Assembly: GCF_964204645.1 (NCBI RefSeq)
Contig: NC_134027.1
Location: 13,300,485-13,364,484 of the forward strand
Source: Tubulanus polymorphus
Taxonomy: Eukaryota > Animalia > Nemertea
Length of the DNA: 64,000 nucleotides
Reading direction: 5' to 3'
Part shown: positions 52,734 through 63,720 of the stretch, in pieces
How positions within the stretch are numbered: the first letter of the stretch is position 1
Layout: each line of letters opens with the position of its first letter
Translations under genes and position numbers: made by a program
The notes under the pieces: generated by a model
Told to the model about the DNA's origin: nothing
The model's input: the letters and a program-made list of their open reading frames with translations, nothing else
Database searches by the model: none

Positions 52734-53486
52734 CTACATCTTATAACTAATTCATAAATTACAGGAAAACTATTCAAATCAATTAAGTATCCATTATGAT
52801 TTCTAATTTCTAACTTATAATTATTAAATTTTGGAATACAAGGTTTGAAATCACATTCAGCTAAATTATAATTTATTTGCGTTTAAAATTGTTTAACATT
52901 TCTTAATGGTAAAATATTTAATATACTAGAATTACAAATTGTATCGCTTAGTTGCTTCGAAAGTTTTTACAGGGTCAATTTAATTGCAATAAATATAAAA
53001 GTTTGTAAAAGGCATTAAGTTTGGTGTAGATTAGGCATTACGTATCCTTACATCTGGGTTAATTCCTAACAGTTTAGCTATAGGTTTTTTAACCACAAAT
53101 TGATGTTCATCATTAGCTAACTTTATTCTTACTTTATTATTGATATCACTTTTTAAAGATTTAATTCCAAATCCAACAGACCCTCCTCCCATTTTTAAAC
53201 GAGCTCTTTTATTAATTTCTTGCGCGAATGTTTCTAAATTATATAATCCAGGATTTAAAAATAGATGATACCATTTGTTCAAATTTCTAGCATGAACTAA
53301 AAAAGCTAAATGATCAAGACTTTTATTCGTTATATTGTAAAAAGAGTTACATAAACTTACATTTACTAATTTTAAATCTACACAATTTTTAGATTATCTA
53401 TCTAATTGTACTAGTAAATTATGTGATTTATAATTTGTAAGTTTTCTAGAATCAACAAATATTCTATATTCTTTTAATTCACCCAT
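52734..53486 (-). pseudogene. Minor capsid (penton-like) protein
   Basis: NSFYNI, LNPGLYNL, IAKLLGI, FYIYCN, ILNILP, LEIRNHNGYLIDLNSFPVIYELVI*; this is the pattern of Polinton single-jelly-roll pentons. Contains stops and frameshifts. Confidence 0.7.
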
Positions 53487-53553
53487 TATTTATAACGCAA
53501 AAAAATTACCTCGAACCATTAAAGTTAATTCCAATAACATTTTTCCTAAATAA

Positions 53554-54859
53554 ATGGATGAGAAGGTAGGATGTGAAATTTGTGGTGAACTTCAAAGAAA
53601 AAGTAATATGGCTCGACGTATGAAAAACCATGATAAAAATTATAAAACTCCTAAAATAAACTGCCCAAATTGTAATAAGTTATTCTCAAGAAATTATGTT
53701 AAAACAAATTCAGAGAAGTGTAAAATTAATGACTCAACGGTTAATGTTGATAGTGACGAAAGTAATAATAATTCTGTTAAAGTTGAACCTGAAATTATTT
53801 GGAAAAGACCTTACTTATTCTATGACAAGAATAATATAAAAGATCATTTCTGTGAGCCTCGTCGAATATATTTTAGCCCTGAAAATATAGAAGATTGGGA
53901 AAATCATCAATTTCGTAAAGCACATATAGATAAAATTTCTAATAAATTTGAAGCAGAATTCAATGAAAGAAAAAATAATATATTAGAAAACATAAAATAT
54001 GAGAAAACGTTACCAGATAATGAGGAAACACTTGAAAAGTTGGAAAAACAATATAATCAATTAGTAAGAAAAACATATTATTGCAAATATTGTAAATTGA
54101 TTATTACAACAAGTAATTCAAATCTACATAATAAAACAATAAAACATAAAGAAAACGTAAGAAAATACCAAGAATTTAATGAAGATCTATTACCAAGATA
54201 TGATAGAAAAAAAATGTATTTATGTGTACTCAAGACAAGAAGATTCTGTGATATTTTGTAATGAATGTGGATGGCAAAGAAATTTATGGGGTGATGAAAA
54301 AACTAGAGATATTCTTATAGAACCAAAATTAAAATATCTAGATGAAATTTTTAAGATATTTTCTATGGAAGATCATACACCAGAATATAAGCAATGGCTT
54401 GAAAAAATGAAAATGATAGAAAATAAAAATGGTGAAATAACTAAGAGAGATATAATAAAAACAATTATTCCATCAACATGTAACACAAAAGAAAAGAAAA
54501 TTTATTTATGTTTATTATTTAACGATTATTATAAAAAACCTAAATTAACAAAAGAAGATATGGAAAATATAAAGGATACATTCACAAACATGTTAAAATT
54601 TTATGTGGATAATAAAATAACAGATTCAATTAATTATGAATTCTTTTTAAATAGGATTGTAAATTTTTTAAACGTCGATATTATAATTCCATTTGATGAA
54701 TTAACAAACAAAAAGAAACAAAGAGAGCGGGGTGAAATGTGGTACAATATAGAACTCTATTTAAATGAGAAAAATGAAATGAAAGAACCTAAACAATTAA
54801 ATGAATATGAAGAAACCAATAGTGATTTTGAGTATGATGATATTGATTTTCTGTTTTAA
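53554..54859 (+). pseudogene. Zinc-finger protein fused to a VLTF3-like (poxvirus A2L-like) domain, split by a frameshift near the A8 run 54207-54214
   Basis: CEIC, CPNC and CKYC..H..H fingers; then IFCNECG, PKLTKEDMENIKDTF, INYEFFLNRI, LTNKKKQRERGEMWYNI, resembling the VLTF3 C-terminal pattern. Confidence 0.55.
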
Positions 54860-55312
54860 TGACCGTAAGGTAATGTTTTTATTCCATCACCCAAAATATA
54901 TCTTTTCTCATCGAACGGATTTAAGCTAGTTTTTTCAACTTCATTAATGTACATCTCGTGATCTTCTGATCTTAAACAATTCATTTTATGTTTCATTACA
55001 ATTGAGTTATATAAACACTTTTATATGATCTTGAAATTCTATCTGTTTATCAACCACATGTTTTGTTATTCCTTTTAACTTTTTAGCTTCATGATCTTTT
55101 GTTCTATAACTATACATTTTACTTATCATCCCAACAAATTCAATCATTTCATCGCCCCCTAATTCATCTTTAAATTTACCATGAATTTTTTTATTATCAT
55201 TGCTAAATAGTTCCTGATCTTTTGGATAATTGCTTAAGTCAAAATGATGTTTGAATGTTTTTAAGTCTTTTGTTATGTCATTTGTCTTGATTTTTAGTAT
55301 GTATGCATCCGT
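54856..55312 (-). pseudogene. polB: pPolB C-terminal extein (copy B)
   Basis: TDAYIL, FDLSNYP, NKKIHGKFKDE, EFVGMISKMYSY, KKLKGI, KTSLNPFDEKRYILGDGIKTLPYGH*. Confidence 0.92.
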
Positions 55313-56113
55313 ATTAAGCAAATTAATGGAAATCCACAGTTAAATGTTCCATCTTCAGTTGATAAATCATAAACATAATCTGATGGGTTAGATGTTTCAA
55401 ATAAATCTTTAACTTCTTCAGTTATTTCTTTTTCTGTATGCCTTAGATTAAAACAATTTAGTTTAGATCTAATCAATCCAATATTCATATTAAAACCTAA
55501 TGAATTACATAATAGATTCAATCCTGATATACCAATTTTTCCTTTTTCTGCAAATGTTATTGCTGGAGAACTCGTAAATTTTCGTACCATCTGCTGCGTA
55601 GAATCCAATGGAGATTTTCTAAGATTATATTCTGCATTTAATACATAATCTGGCACTATCTTTTCTTAAGTTGAAGTATTACTTTTCACTATTGCATGAA
55701 TATATAATTCATTATTATATTTTGTAGCAAAATCTTTAGGAATATTTACAAATATTCTATAAACCGCTGATGATTTCATACGATCCACGATTCTAAATAT
55801 TTTATGTGAATAAACTTCTTCACATTATTTCTTTATTCTTTCTAATAATTTCAAATCTTGATTGCATAAAAACCAACAATATTGAGTGCGACTAACATAA
55901 TTACACACAACTGCTGAACCATCACCCATGAAAAATCCTTTGATAAAATATTCGTTTTCTTCTAATGTTTCAGGTTCTATATTATAAATATTATCAATTA
56001 TTTCATCAAATGACATATGATTCATTCTTTGGAAAAACCTTTTATGTAATAATTCTTCTCCAATTTTTATATCAGTTGGTTTTATTTTATCACCATTATG
56101 TTTTCTAATTAAA
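55313..56113 (-). mobile_element. Intein remnant with LAGLIDADG homing endonuclease inserted at pPolB motif C (D|TDS)
   Basis: Block F/G DYVYDLSTEDGTFNCGFPLI(x)LN ends in Asn (55313-55315) immediately before Thr (55310-55312). LAGLIDADG motif FIKGFFMGDGS; KGKIGISGL..LCNSLGF; post-block-B segment LIR..NGDKIKPTDIKIGEELLH. The N-terminal splice junction is deleted. Confidence 0.85.
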
Positions 56114-56189
56114 CCAACTGATATAAAAATTGGAGAAGAATTATTACATAAAAGGTTTTTCCAAAGAATGAATCATATGTCATTTTTAA

Positions 56190-57023
56190 ACATTGTATTA
56201 CTTTTTGATGCTTTATTCCTTTTTGTTTTATAAATATTCAAATCTAAAAATATAATTTCATTCAATGTTAAACCAGAACACTCAAAATATCTTTCTTCAA
56301 TATGACGTTTAAATTCATTAAATATTTTTTCTAATTTCTCTTTTATTTGTGTTTTTGAAATTATTTCTTCAGAGTGTGTTTAAATATTATAATCCATTTT
56401 TTTTTCTTATATTACAAAACTTACTTTCCCAGAGATACTAATGTTTGGATATTCAACATCTGTAATAAAGTCCATTACTTTTTCCATTATTTCAATAAAT
56501 TTACTATAATCTTCTATTGTTGCTCCTTTAAAAAATCTAAATACAATAGCTGCAGGCCCAATTTTACTACGTAATGTTTCTAAAATTTCAATTGTATCTT
56601 TTATTTCTAGTGAATCAATATAATTTCTAACATTTTCTATATAAGGTTTATTTGAAATAGATTTAGTTTTTGAAACTGGTTTTTTTACTTGTTGAGGTTT
56701 ATCATCAAGATAATCTGTTCCTAAAACATTATTACTTAAATTTTGTTTGTGTTTTTGCGATTCGAGATGTCTTTTATAATTCCTTTTTGCTATAAATTCA
56801 TTACAAACCACATTTTATTTCATCCACATTCATATTTTCTAATTGTTCTTTTCTTTCATTGGAATTTTCTGGAGTTTCAAAATCTATAACATTTTTTTTA
56901 ATGATTTGCAGTTTTTTCATGTCGTGCTTTATGAGATTTATCAATGTATTTTTTACAATATGTACAATAATATTGATTTTCATTAACATCAATTTTTTCT
57001 GTATGTTGTTCACTCTCTCCCAT
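56190..57023 (-). pseudogene. polB: pPolB N-terminal fragment (copy B), paralog of 34700-35539
   Basis: Colinear high similarity with copy A (YYCTYCKKYIDKSHKARHEK, RHLESQKHK, ISGKVSF, FNEFKRHIEERYFE). Confidence 0.85.
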
Positions 57024-57249
57024 TTATTAGAAAAAAAATTACTTGTGGTGATGAGTGGAGTGTCGCCCTCTCGCTCTCTGATCTGAAACCCACATTTACC
57101 AATTACTAGAATGGTGCACCTTTAAGCCACGATTTTTCAGATCAGGTTATAACCATAACTACTACTATTCAAGGGTAATCGTACGGTTCGTTTTATTTAA
57201 AACTACTGTTGATGCTGTGACAACTGCCTCCTCTCAGATAATTATAGAA

Positions 57250-59905
57250 AATACATGAATATTATTTGATGACGGCTCACAAATGTCATTCATAACCAAA
57301 TCATTAGTTCATCAATTACAATTAAAGACGAAGAGACGAGAATTTTTGAACTTGTCTGGTTTTGGTGCTAGATCATCAGGATTCAAAGAAGTTGATATTG
57401 TTTCTTTGAATGTTTATTTCTGTCGACAAAATAAACCTATGTCAATCCCAGTTACATCGTTTCTAGGATTCTTGAGTTCAAGGTTCTAACATTAGCACAT
57501 AGTGTGAACGGTGGTTCAAATTCTTTCAATGTGGCGTTATTAGTTGGTTCAGATTTTTACTACCACTTCGTATATAAATCCAATGTTCTGAATCTGGCCT
57601 GGTTGCTGTAAGCACCAAATTAGGCTATGCTGTGACCGGTCCGTGGTTGGCTATACCTGGTAGCGACGTCCATATGTTGAGTGTAATTGCGGAACCAAAC
57701 TTTTTCCTGACTTACAGAAGTTTTTGGGCTTTGGAAAATGTGGGTTTTCAACCAAACAATGACTATTCTAAAAAGTGATTTCTCGATTAGTATTGTGATA
57801 CCCATATATCTAAGGGCTATGTATTTATTTGGCTAAATTACCATGGAAACCAAATCACGGATCACTACCAAGCAACTATGGTATTGCTTCCTGGTGGTCT
57901 CTTGCACATAGTTTTTCTCCGGAATTACGTATTAGATACAATGATATCTTTCAATACCAATTAGATAAGGACATTATCGAGAAAATAGACGATCCCCGAA
58001 AGTTTTTGGCAAGGTTCACTCTATACCACATCACGCAGTGTTTCTGCAATCCGCTACTACGCAGATTAGGATTGTCTAATTGTAGTTCTCGTTCATTATC
58101 AAATCCAGTTTCATTGAATGATTGTTTAGATAGCGGACCTCCTTTATTGAATGGCGTAACCTCAATTTTGATGCTTTTTAGACTTTTCCGATACGGTGTC
58201 TTTAATGAAATAGAGAAAGCGTTTCTCCATGTCGGGCTGGACATGTTGTGTTTTTATGGTGTCTCCACCAATTTTATGATTGCTGTTTCCATCAGTGTGT
58301 TTCTTCACCAGTGTTGTGTTGGCGTAATCTCTACCCGTGATGTAGTGAGGGATCTGTCTTAGGGCTGGATCTTCAGTCCTCGTTCTTGACTATCTTCCAA
58401 GGCTCCCGTATATAACTTAACGACTTCTTAAATTATATATCCGTTTATCATCTCTTGACTAGATGTATACTATCTCTTCCTGGAGCTCTGTTCTCTTAAG
58501 CTCTAAAAACTTCTAACTTTCTTAAACCCTTTTTGAACCTTTCTTTAACAACTATAAATGCTCCCTTTTTATACCATTTTCTCTTTAGTAACGTGTGCAG
58601 GCCCTCTTCCACACATGGTTTGGAATTCGTGGATTGTGACGTATTCCTACGTCACAACATTCCTCCAATCCATGTATGGGTGATGACGTATCAGCACATT
58701 TCACAATTATCTAAATATTTTTTTTTGCACTCACCAGAGTCCATGGCCCACCATATTAGGTTTTCCTACGTAGACACATACGTCACTTCCTGACTTTTTA
58801 TTTATATTACTTCTATTTATGTTTATGTTTGACGTACGAATCCACGCATGTTGTCTGGTAACTGCAGCACTGGCCATGAACACCAGCTTCCGTACATTAC
58901 TTGTTGGTATAGTTTAACTGCTGATGACTGAAACCTACTAATATGTTCCCTAAAAGCTTGTTGATATAATTCATAAAGTCTCCACAATAGACCCCTGCGA
59001 CAGGGATGTAACCAGGTTTTTGGCTCAGCGATCACACCGACTCGGAGAGTCCTTTAAACTGTTTTCGTTTTAGGCGTGTCCTGTTCGGTGCATGTTGTTG
59101 TATGTTTATGTCCATTTCACTTATTCACCATTTACGAAATTACGTTGGTGAATTTGCTGATCAGATATTGCGCGATATATATAATGTAAGTTTTAGCATC
59201 CAGAGCGAATGTGATGTAGTTAAGTTTTATCACGAGTGTCGTGGTTTCAAATCGAAAGCTATTTTCAATTTCAGATGCTGGGCTTCGAATTGTGCGGAAT
59301 GGGAAAATCGTGCAATGTCTGATCAGGCAGCCGAAAGTTCAAATTGCATCAAGAATCTAGGCTTGTTATGGGATGTGAACGGGGACCATCTCAAATTTCC
59401 AGATAATTCAGTTTTATTGGGAAAAGCGAACTATCCTCCATGTAGCTAGCAGTATTTACGACCCTCTAGGGCTACTATCTTTTGAAACTGTTCGATCCAA
59501 AATTTTATTGCAGGATATATGGAAACAATCTTTTGATTGGGATGAGTTGTTACCAGCAAATATTTGTTTAGAATGGGGTTCAATTGCTAACATTCGAATA
59601 TTCCGGAATTGCATGTCTATTCTGACACGAGTTCAAGGGCTTACGGGGCAGTCTGTTATTTTAAATCAGGTTCGGAGTATTCTTTGGTCATCATGTCGAA
59701 GTCACGGGTAGCTCCAGTTCGAATTCTAACAATCCCTAAACTCGAACCTATGGCCGCAACTGTGGCTGCGCGTTTGGTTAACCACGTTCAATCGACCACA
59801 TCAGTGGCACTTAAAAGAGTACTGAACGTACGTTTTTGGACAGATAGTATGATTGTCCTTGGGTGGCTTACTTGTGACAAGACTTTACCTGTGACAAGAC
59901 TTTAA
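57250..59905 (+). mobile_element. BEL/Pao LTR retrotransposon pol remnant (protease, RT, RNase H)
   Basis: LFDDGSQMSFIT, LVGSDFY, KLPWK..LPSNY, SLNDCLDSGP, IEKAFLHVGL, FRFRRVLFG, WASN, LGLLWD, YDPLG, DWDE, HVYSDTSSRAYGAV, MSKSRVAP..TIPKLE, FWTDSMIVLGWL. Confidence 0.9.
58243..58990 (-). mobile_element. Insertion within the BEL RT, containing a decayed LINE-like segment
   Basis: Separates FLHVGL from D.CDRDVTRF; the minus strand reads RAPGRDSI...FKKSL, like the CR1 pre-RT KAPGPD motif. Confidence 0.45.
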
Positions 59906-60317
59906 TTCGTGCCGTATTAAGCTATTTAGATTTATCGCAGCTGTCTTGTGAAAATTTGTAAGCAGTCCTTATGTATTCCCTGTGTAATCAAAACTTAATT
60001 TCTATGTTATACACGTGTTTTGATTACGATTTCCCCTCTACATGTTTATCGAGAAGCGCCTGATTACAAGCTGATTACAATTGATTGTCAACAGAGTTAC
60101 AGCGATTTACTGTGAGACAAAGAAAATACTAAATCTATTTAGTTTTCTAAAATTTTGTGTATGTCTCATACCCTCTCATTACCTCGAACACTGTGTATCG
60201 TATCACTCGAAATTCATAAATCTACCTGGCTTTATTGGGTACTGTTTAAAAGTTATAAAACAAATTACACCCAAAACACCAATACCTATCTTTCTAATTC
60301 AGGTTATAGCGTTTAGT

Positions 60318-60617
60318 GGTGGGAGAAATATTCCTCCCTAAATCAATATACTTTGAATCTAAGACTTAGGTCCATTTTCCATCAGTTGACATGTGACAAT
60401 ATTTCGAATATCGGACCAGGTCCATTTTCCTACGTTTGACATAGGGAGGAAGATTCCCCCCGAAGTCAATACTTTGAATATCAGACCTGATGGTCGAATT
60501 CTCTTCGTTGATCTTGGGACGAATATTCCTCCCAAAGTCAATTGTTTGAATATCGAACCCCTTGGTCAAGTTTCCATCGATTGACTCTGGGAGGAATATT
60601 CCTCCAAAGGTCAATTT
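60318..60617 (+). repeat. Four degenerate direct repeats with palindromic core ggaggaatattcctcc
   Basis: ggga.gaatattcctcc.aa.gtcaat..tttgaatatc recurs near 60320, 60445, 60516 and 60589. Confidence 0.7.
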
Positions 60618-61299
60618 TCACAATAGCGGTCCTCTTAATTGGTGACATTCAAAGAACGTGCGGCTCAGATTTCTATTGTGCGCCTATCGTGCACTGCGCG
60701 TGAATCACTTACGTAATATTTTCTGTAAATGTGAAGACCTTGGGGGCATTATGTTCACTAAAGCCCGACATTATCCCACATTCCGGACTGTTAATAGGTT
60801 GATTTTACGGCAGAGTCGACAAGTTTCAACAATTTTTAACTGTTCATTTATGAATATTTGAGGACTTATGGACTAAAAATTCTAAATTTTCGATACATTT
60901 TGAGAAAGTCACAAAACATTTGAGACTGCATTGCCAATGGAAATGTACGTGCGCCACTCTAATTGGCTAGAATCCTTACATTCAATAGAAACTGGCGGCA
61001 TCAGTGATTTACCGGGGAAATTAGAATTGTATGTTTGACCACGGATTCTTCGTTTTTGAGTCTATGGCTTGGCTCTGGTTTTATCATGAGTTTGAACAAC
61101 GTACATAGAAAAAAATGGTGGGGATTCGACTAACGTGCATCTTTTATTCAGAAAAGAGTATCATAATATAAATACATGTAGAAATTAATATTATTTAATG
61201 ACTCTAAAACGATTTGGGTTTTAGAGTCCATGGTTATATGAATATCTAATTATTTCTCAACTTTCATCAAATACTTAGGAACGCCATTGACAGATTGTC

Positions 61300-62227
61300 A
61301 AACCATTGAACGTTTGGGTAAAAAGTTCTGCTAGAATTGATTACGATCGGCTTTTTAGATAATCTCCACGAAGGTCACAATTTTAGTGATTTGACCTTGG
61401 GAGGTTTAAACCTCTCGAATCCAATTAGCGAAATATCGATCCTCTTTGTCGGCGGTAATGAAAGAATAGCGCGAAGTTTCTAATGTGCAGCGGTCGCATT
61501 TTGTTCACGAATAGCTTACGTAATTATAATTGAAAGTCGAGATCAATGGCGGATATAGCGCTCTATGGCCCACGCTCAATTCATAAACTGGTCCACAAAT
61601 AAAGTGTTTAGAAGTATAATTGACACGTATGGACGATATTACGCTGTAAATTTATCATTTTTTCAGGACTTAAGGACCGGAAATTGGCAATATTTTTGAT
61701 ACAAACTGAGAAGGTATCAAAACATTTGGGAACGTGTTGCTCGATGAAAACCCGGAAATCGCCTTTGATTCCGTCAAATATCAGGATAGTTATCCGCTTC
61801 ATTTGGTTACACAAGTCCCGGTCTAACGATGATTTTTCGTGTTTTGATGATGAAATATCTATAGAATTATTTATTTTTCTTTCAACTTTGGGGGCGACGT
61901 GTTGCGAAATTCTTCTCCTCACCTCAGCAACGGTTTTGTCATATGAACGCTGAATATTCTCCGCCTCGTGGTCATAGGCAGCTGAATTTCTGGTGTCGTT
62001 CGCTGAGAGATTATCTAAGTTTTTAATACGAAGGTAGTTTCATGGAGTAGTTGTGATTCGACCAGTAAAATTGTTATGTTACTTACATCTTTTTCTGCAA
62101 TTAATGATGTCTTGAGCTTTGTTATCTTTGTTTTTAATTTTCGTTTTTCCTGGATTTGATCCGAGAAGGAATATTCCTTGTCCTTCACTTCCGGCTCGGC
62201 ATCCTCGATTTGGTCCACGTCATCCAT
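61300..62227 (-). pseudogene. BEL/Pao gag remnant (DUF1759-like)
   Basis: KRKLKTKITKL coiled coil and MKRITILIFDG..GDF..F, immediately downstream of the PBS. Confidence 0.6.
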
Positions 62228-62305
62228 TTTGACAAGCGATGTCAGTCTATTTCGGAACGATTTAGAACGATTTTTACGATATTCACGATTGTCACGATGT
62301 ATACT

Positions 62306-62557
62306 ATCCGGTTCGAGGGACCGTGTGGGGACGATTGTCCACCAACACGATATCCTTAGGATTGAATTTGATACGAAAGAAGAATAACGAAAGAAAACGA
62401 TGTATACTGTACAATGCTACGATGATGACTGTTTTTATTACTGATAACACGTGACTAAAAAGAAAACCTATTAGTATAGGAGATGGAGCTTGTAAAAATT
62501 AGATTCATACAATCGGCGAGCCATACGGACTTTCTTGGTACCGATGGAAAGACAACA
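62306..62557 (-). mobile_element. BEL/Pao 5' LTR (62324-62557) and tRNA-Tyr-type primer-binding site (62306-62323)
   Basis: LTR has TGT...ACA ends and a minus-strand AATAAA near 62434. The adjacent cggtccctcgaaccggat approximates TGGTCCTTCGAGCCGGA, the complement of the tRNA-Tyr 3' end. Confidence 0.7.
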
Positions 62558-63067
62558 TCTTGGGGCTTCGGACGCTGGGTGTTGTAACCCTGACAACAGA
62601 TGCAGCGTTGCAATAATCGCTTGTCAAGGTGACGACGGTGCTTTTCTTTTTTCTTTTTACCTTATTTCTAAGCATCAACAAAATCAGCAATAACTGGAAA
62701 ACTATGATATGTAGCCTTAAAATTTCAATAAAAAATATTATTGTGGATAACTGTCAACCATTATCTATAAAATATAAATACTTCATGTAGGTATTTACCA
62801 CTGAACTAAGCGGTTCTTTCCGTAATTTGCGTTTTTCCCATGGTTCGGTCAGATTGATTATTCCTATAAAATTAACTCAAAATACTAGGATAACTTTGCA
62901 TGGATTAAATTATAGTCTATGATTACAGCTTCATGTCCATCGTTGGTAAAAGATGAAAAATAGTCGTTTCCATGGTTACATAGACAACAATAGATGATAA
63001 GATATATTGATCAGAAGACCGCAGAGCAGTAACGCGCGAAATACCTCGGGATAATCTCGGGAACAAC

Positions 63068-63228
63068 AATCATAATCATAATCATAATCATAAAAATAAT
63101 CATAGTAATCATAATAATCATGATCATAATAATCATGATAATAATAATCATAATAATAATAATCATAATGATTATTACATTTATTACATTCCAATCTTAA
63201 TTATTATGATAATAATAATTAGATAATA
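63068..63228. repeat. (ATAATC)n/(ATA)n microsatellite
   Basis: Read directly from the sequence. Confidence 0.92.
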
Positions 63229-63244
63229 AAGAGGGTTTTCACGA

Positions 63245-63720
63245 GAGCAGCAAGATCACGAAATGTATATTAGTGAAGTTGAAAAAACTAGTTTATATTC
63301 CTTTGATGATAAGCGATTTATATTGCATGATGGAATAAAAACATTACTTTATGGTCATTAATTAAATAATGCTAATCTTTTCTTTACTTATTCTATTTCT
63401 ATATGATTATGTTTTATAAAATAATCACGATTTTCTAGATTACTTAATTGTAAATATTAAGTACTCATATGTAAATTATTATAGTTTTCTGGGTTGCTAT
63501 TCTCTAAATTTTCATTGAACTTTCTTGTTTTTTCATCACCCCATGAAGTTTTTTTGATAACCTCATTCATTACAAAATATCGTAGAACTATCTTGGAATA
63601 AATTATTATGAATACATCTTGGACATTTATGTATATCATATTTTCTATTAGATGTGAGTCAAGTTTTTGATATTTGCTCACTTTTTTACGTTGTTTTTTT
63701 TATTTATTAAGTAGATTTTA
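63245..63720 (+). mobile_element. Polinton-like copy C fragment: pPolB C-terminus (+, stop 63359-63361) tail-to-tail with a ZnF/VLTF3-like paralog (-)
   Basis: QDHEMYISEVEKTSLYSFDDKRFILHDGIKTLLYGH*; the minus strand reads KCPRC..IFCNE..WGDEKTR, homologous to 54210-54310. Confidence 0.8.

Larger units (their letters stand above)
48660..57097 (-). mobile_element. Polinton/adintovirus-like endogenous viral element, copy B, in the astacin intron
   Basis: Very AT-rich, tightly packed intronless genes: conserved hypothetical/membrane proteins, penton, ZnF-VLTF3-like gene and pPolB with intein. Right boundary is shared with copy A; left boundary is approximate. Confidence 0.88.

Noticed and set aside
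57732-57747. 16-bp inverted match between BEL pol and the Polinton copy A terminus
   Set aside because: It encodes LENVGF within BEL pol, and about one such match is expected by chance in 64 kb.
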